Position numbers and translations under genes: made by a program. The notes beneath the pieces are model-generated. The model was given only the letters and a program-made list of their open reading frames with translations. It was not told the DNA's origin and did not search any database. Shown piece by piece: positions 62,301 to 64,000 of a DNA stretch of 64,000 nt. Source of the stretch: Saccostrea cucullata (Eukaryota); assembly GCF_032062105.1 (NCBI RefSeq), contig NW_026925088.1, forward strand, positions 62,001-126,000, read 5' to 3'. Each line of letters opens with the position of its first letter. The stretch's first letter is position 1.

Positions 62301-64000
62301 CTCTTGAGGCGGTTGAGATGAGGAAATGCATGATCATGATTTAACTGATATTCTGATAAAACATATGCTATTTTCAAAATATCTATTATTGCTTTTTTAA
62401 CACATCACATAACAGATTCTTTCAAGAAATAAAAGATATTTCAATCGGCATGAATGAGGCCATTGACCTTTACTTAAACGGAAAATATAAAACCATTTTC
62501 AGGAAAACAGCAAAACTTGCTTTGTAAAGCCGTACATCATGCTTAGGCATACATCATGCTTTATAGAGAAATTGTTCTAAGATTAATAAATATGACACTT
62601 ATATTGAAATGAACACATTGTAAGATTTTGAGAGCTGTTCTTTATCAAGGACAGAGTATAAAGTGTTTTCACTACATGAATGTAACGTGTGGTAGTTGCA
62701 TAACAGCATTCCTTTGATTGCCTTGGAGTTTACCATGGAAACCTGTAGTGCTTTCTGGGCCCCACCCTTTCCTTATTTACTGCATCTATTTGCTGAGTTT
62801 ATGTTTTGTGTATAGTACCAGCTTCATTTGGGTCTCTGTTCAAATTGTCTTGGCAATGGATATTCCATGATAATTCCCTAGCTTTTAGAGGCAGTATCTT
62901 GTAAAATTGTAGATTTTGGCGTATTTTAATCATGCTCACGTACTACGCTTTTAAGAAATAATTATGCTGGGTGTGACAACTTCCTCAATGTCAAGAAATA
63001 CTTTAAATAAAGTATTATAATTGATGAGAATATTTTTTTCCCATCAATTTGAATTCGTACCCTGAGTCCTTTCAGTATTTTTTTTTTTCGCCTTTCTTAT
63101 CAATAGAATTTGTAATAGATACCAGCAACAAATGACATTTTACTGACGATTCTCCTACGATATGGCAGCTTCTGGGGTCCGTTATCTTGTAGAAGACCCC
63201 ACTAATGTCAGGACTGACAAGGGCATTCCGCTGCTGAAGAATGCTCCTGATACTGGGAGTTAGGCAGATCAGATGTGTGCCAGAAATAAAGGGCCCCACT
63301 AAATGGCTTCTTGTTATGTTATCTCTTAAATGTGATGGGTGACCTCCCTTTCTCAAGTGATTAAGATTCTAGTTGGCAAGGGAAATAACTCTGTCAATAT
63401 GCATAGAATACAATTATAATTTCTTTCCCATGAAAAAAGGTTATAAAATTTTTTTTTGAGTTTTTTATAAAATTGAATTATAAATTCGTATTTGTGGGAA
63501 TTTATCCTTACTTTATGTATATTAATTGTTTATGTTATGCAGAAAGTGTAACAAACGATACAAAAGACTGCAACTTCTTAAAATAGATTATTTCCCATGT
63601 AGGAGTCAGAGGGGGTAGTTTAAATTAAAAATTTGCGTCAACACTTGGGAGCTTTTCTGTGACATCGATTCAGCATAACAAAGACTTGTGTTATTGTTGT
63701 CAATGATCGATTACCAAGGCATGCAAGAAATAGCAGCTCCACCCAAAAAAATCACAAGCCTGTATAAATATTCTCCAAGTACATCTCTCTGCAGGAGAGA
63801 GGAATCTACAGGGGATCTGTTTTAGAATGGATTAAACAATAGCAGGCTGGGCTCAACAGAGAATATTGTACAAGGCTTTTATAAATACTACCATAAAATG
63901 TCATTTAGAATGCATTTATAAATAAAAAAATACTACCATAAATTTTGGTGCTTCATATAAGATTTTATTTGAAAATCTTAGCAGGAACAAAAAAACTGTT

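Overview
AT-rich, intron-containing eukaryotic DNA, not prokaryotic. The repeat landscape (Helentron/HINE 'pearl'-type elements carrying ~170-bp satellite units, Kolobok-like and Penelope-like elements, a Deu/Nin-domain SINE) suggests a bivalve, probably an oyster (inference). I reconstructed six spliced protein-coding genes with phase-consistent GT-AG junctions. (1) CCDC137 (+, 210-3348). (2,3) Two tandem paralogous genes on the minus strand (7175-8532 and 12392-17798). Each encodes coiled-coil + CARD + a second CARD-like domain bracketed by conserved CxxC...CxC cysteines + a low-complexity tail. The first exon and promoter of the larger gene are duplicated at 22315-22343. (4) A short divergent R-SNARE/VAMP (+, 28484-30377). 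(5) An intron-containing oocyte-type (B4/H1foo-like) linker histone (+, 33600-34403). (6) The 5' part of a CTLD-LDLa-CUB (Uninflatable-like) surface protein (+, ~43997 to beyond 59390). The rest is mostly transposon-derived, with several nested insertions whose target-site duplications are readable. The best candidate for an undescribed system is the tandem CARD/Zn-clasped-CARD locus with duplicated, phase-compatible 5' exons. A second candidate is a pair of unrelated TATGGC-ended, 6-bp-TSD elements.
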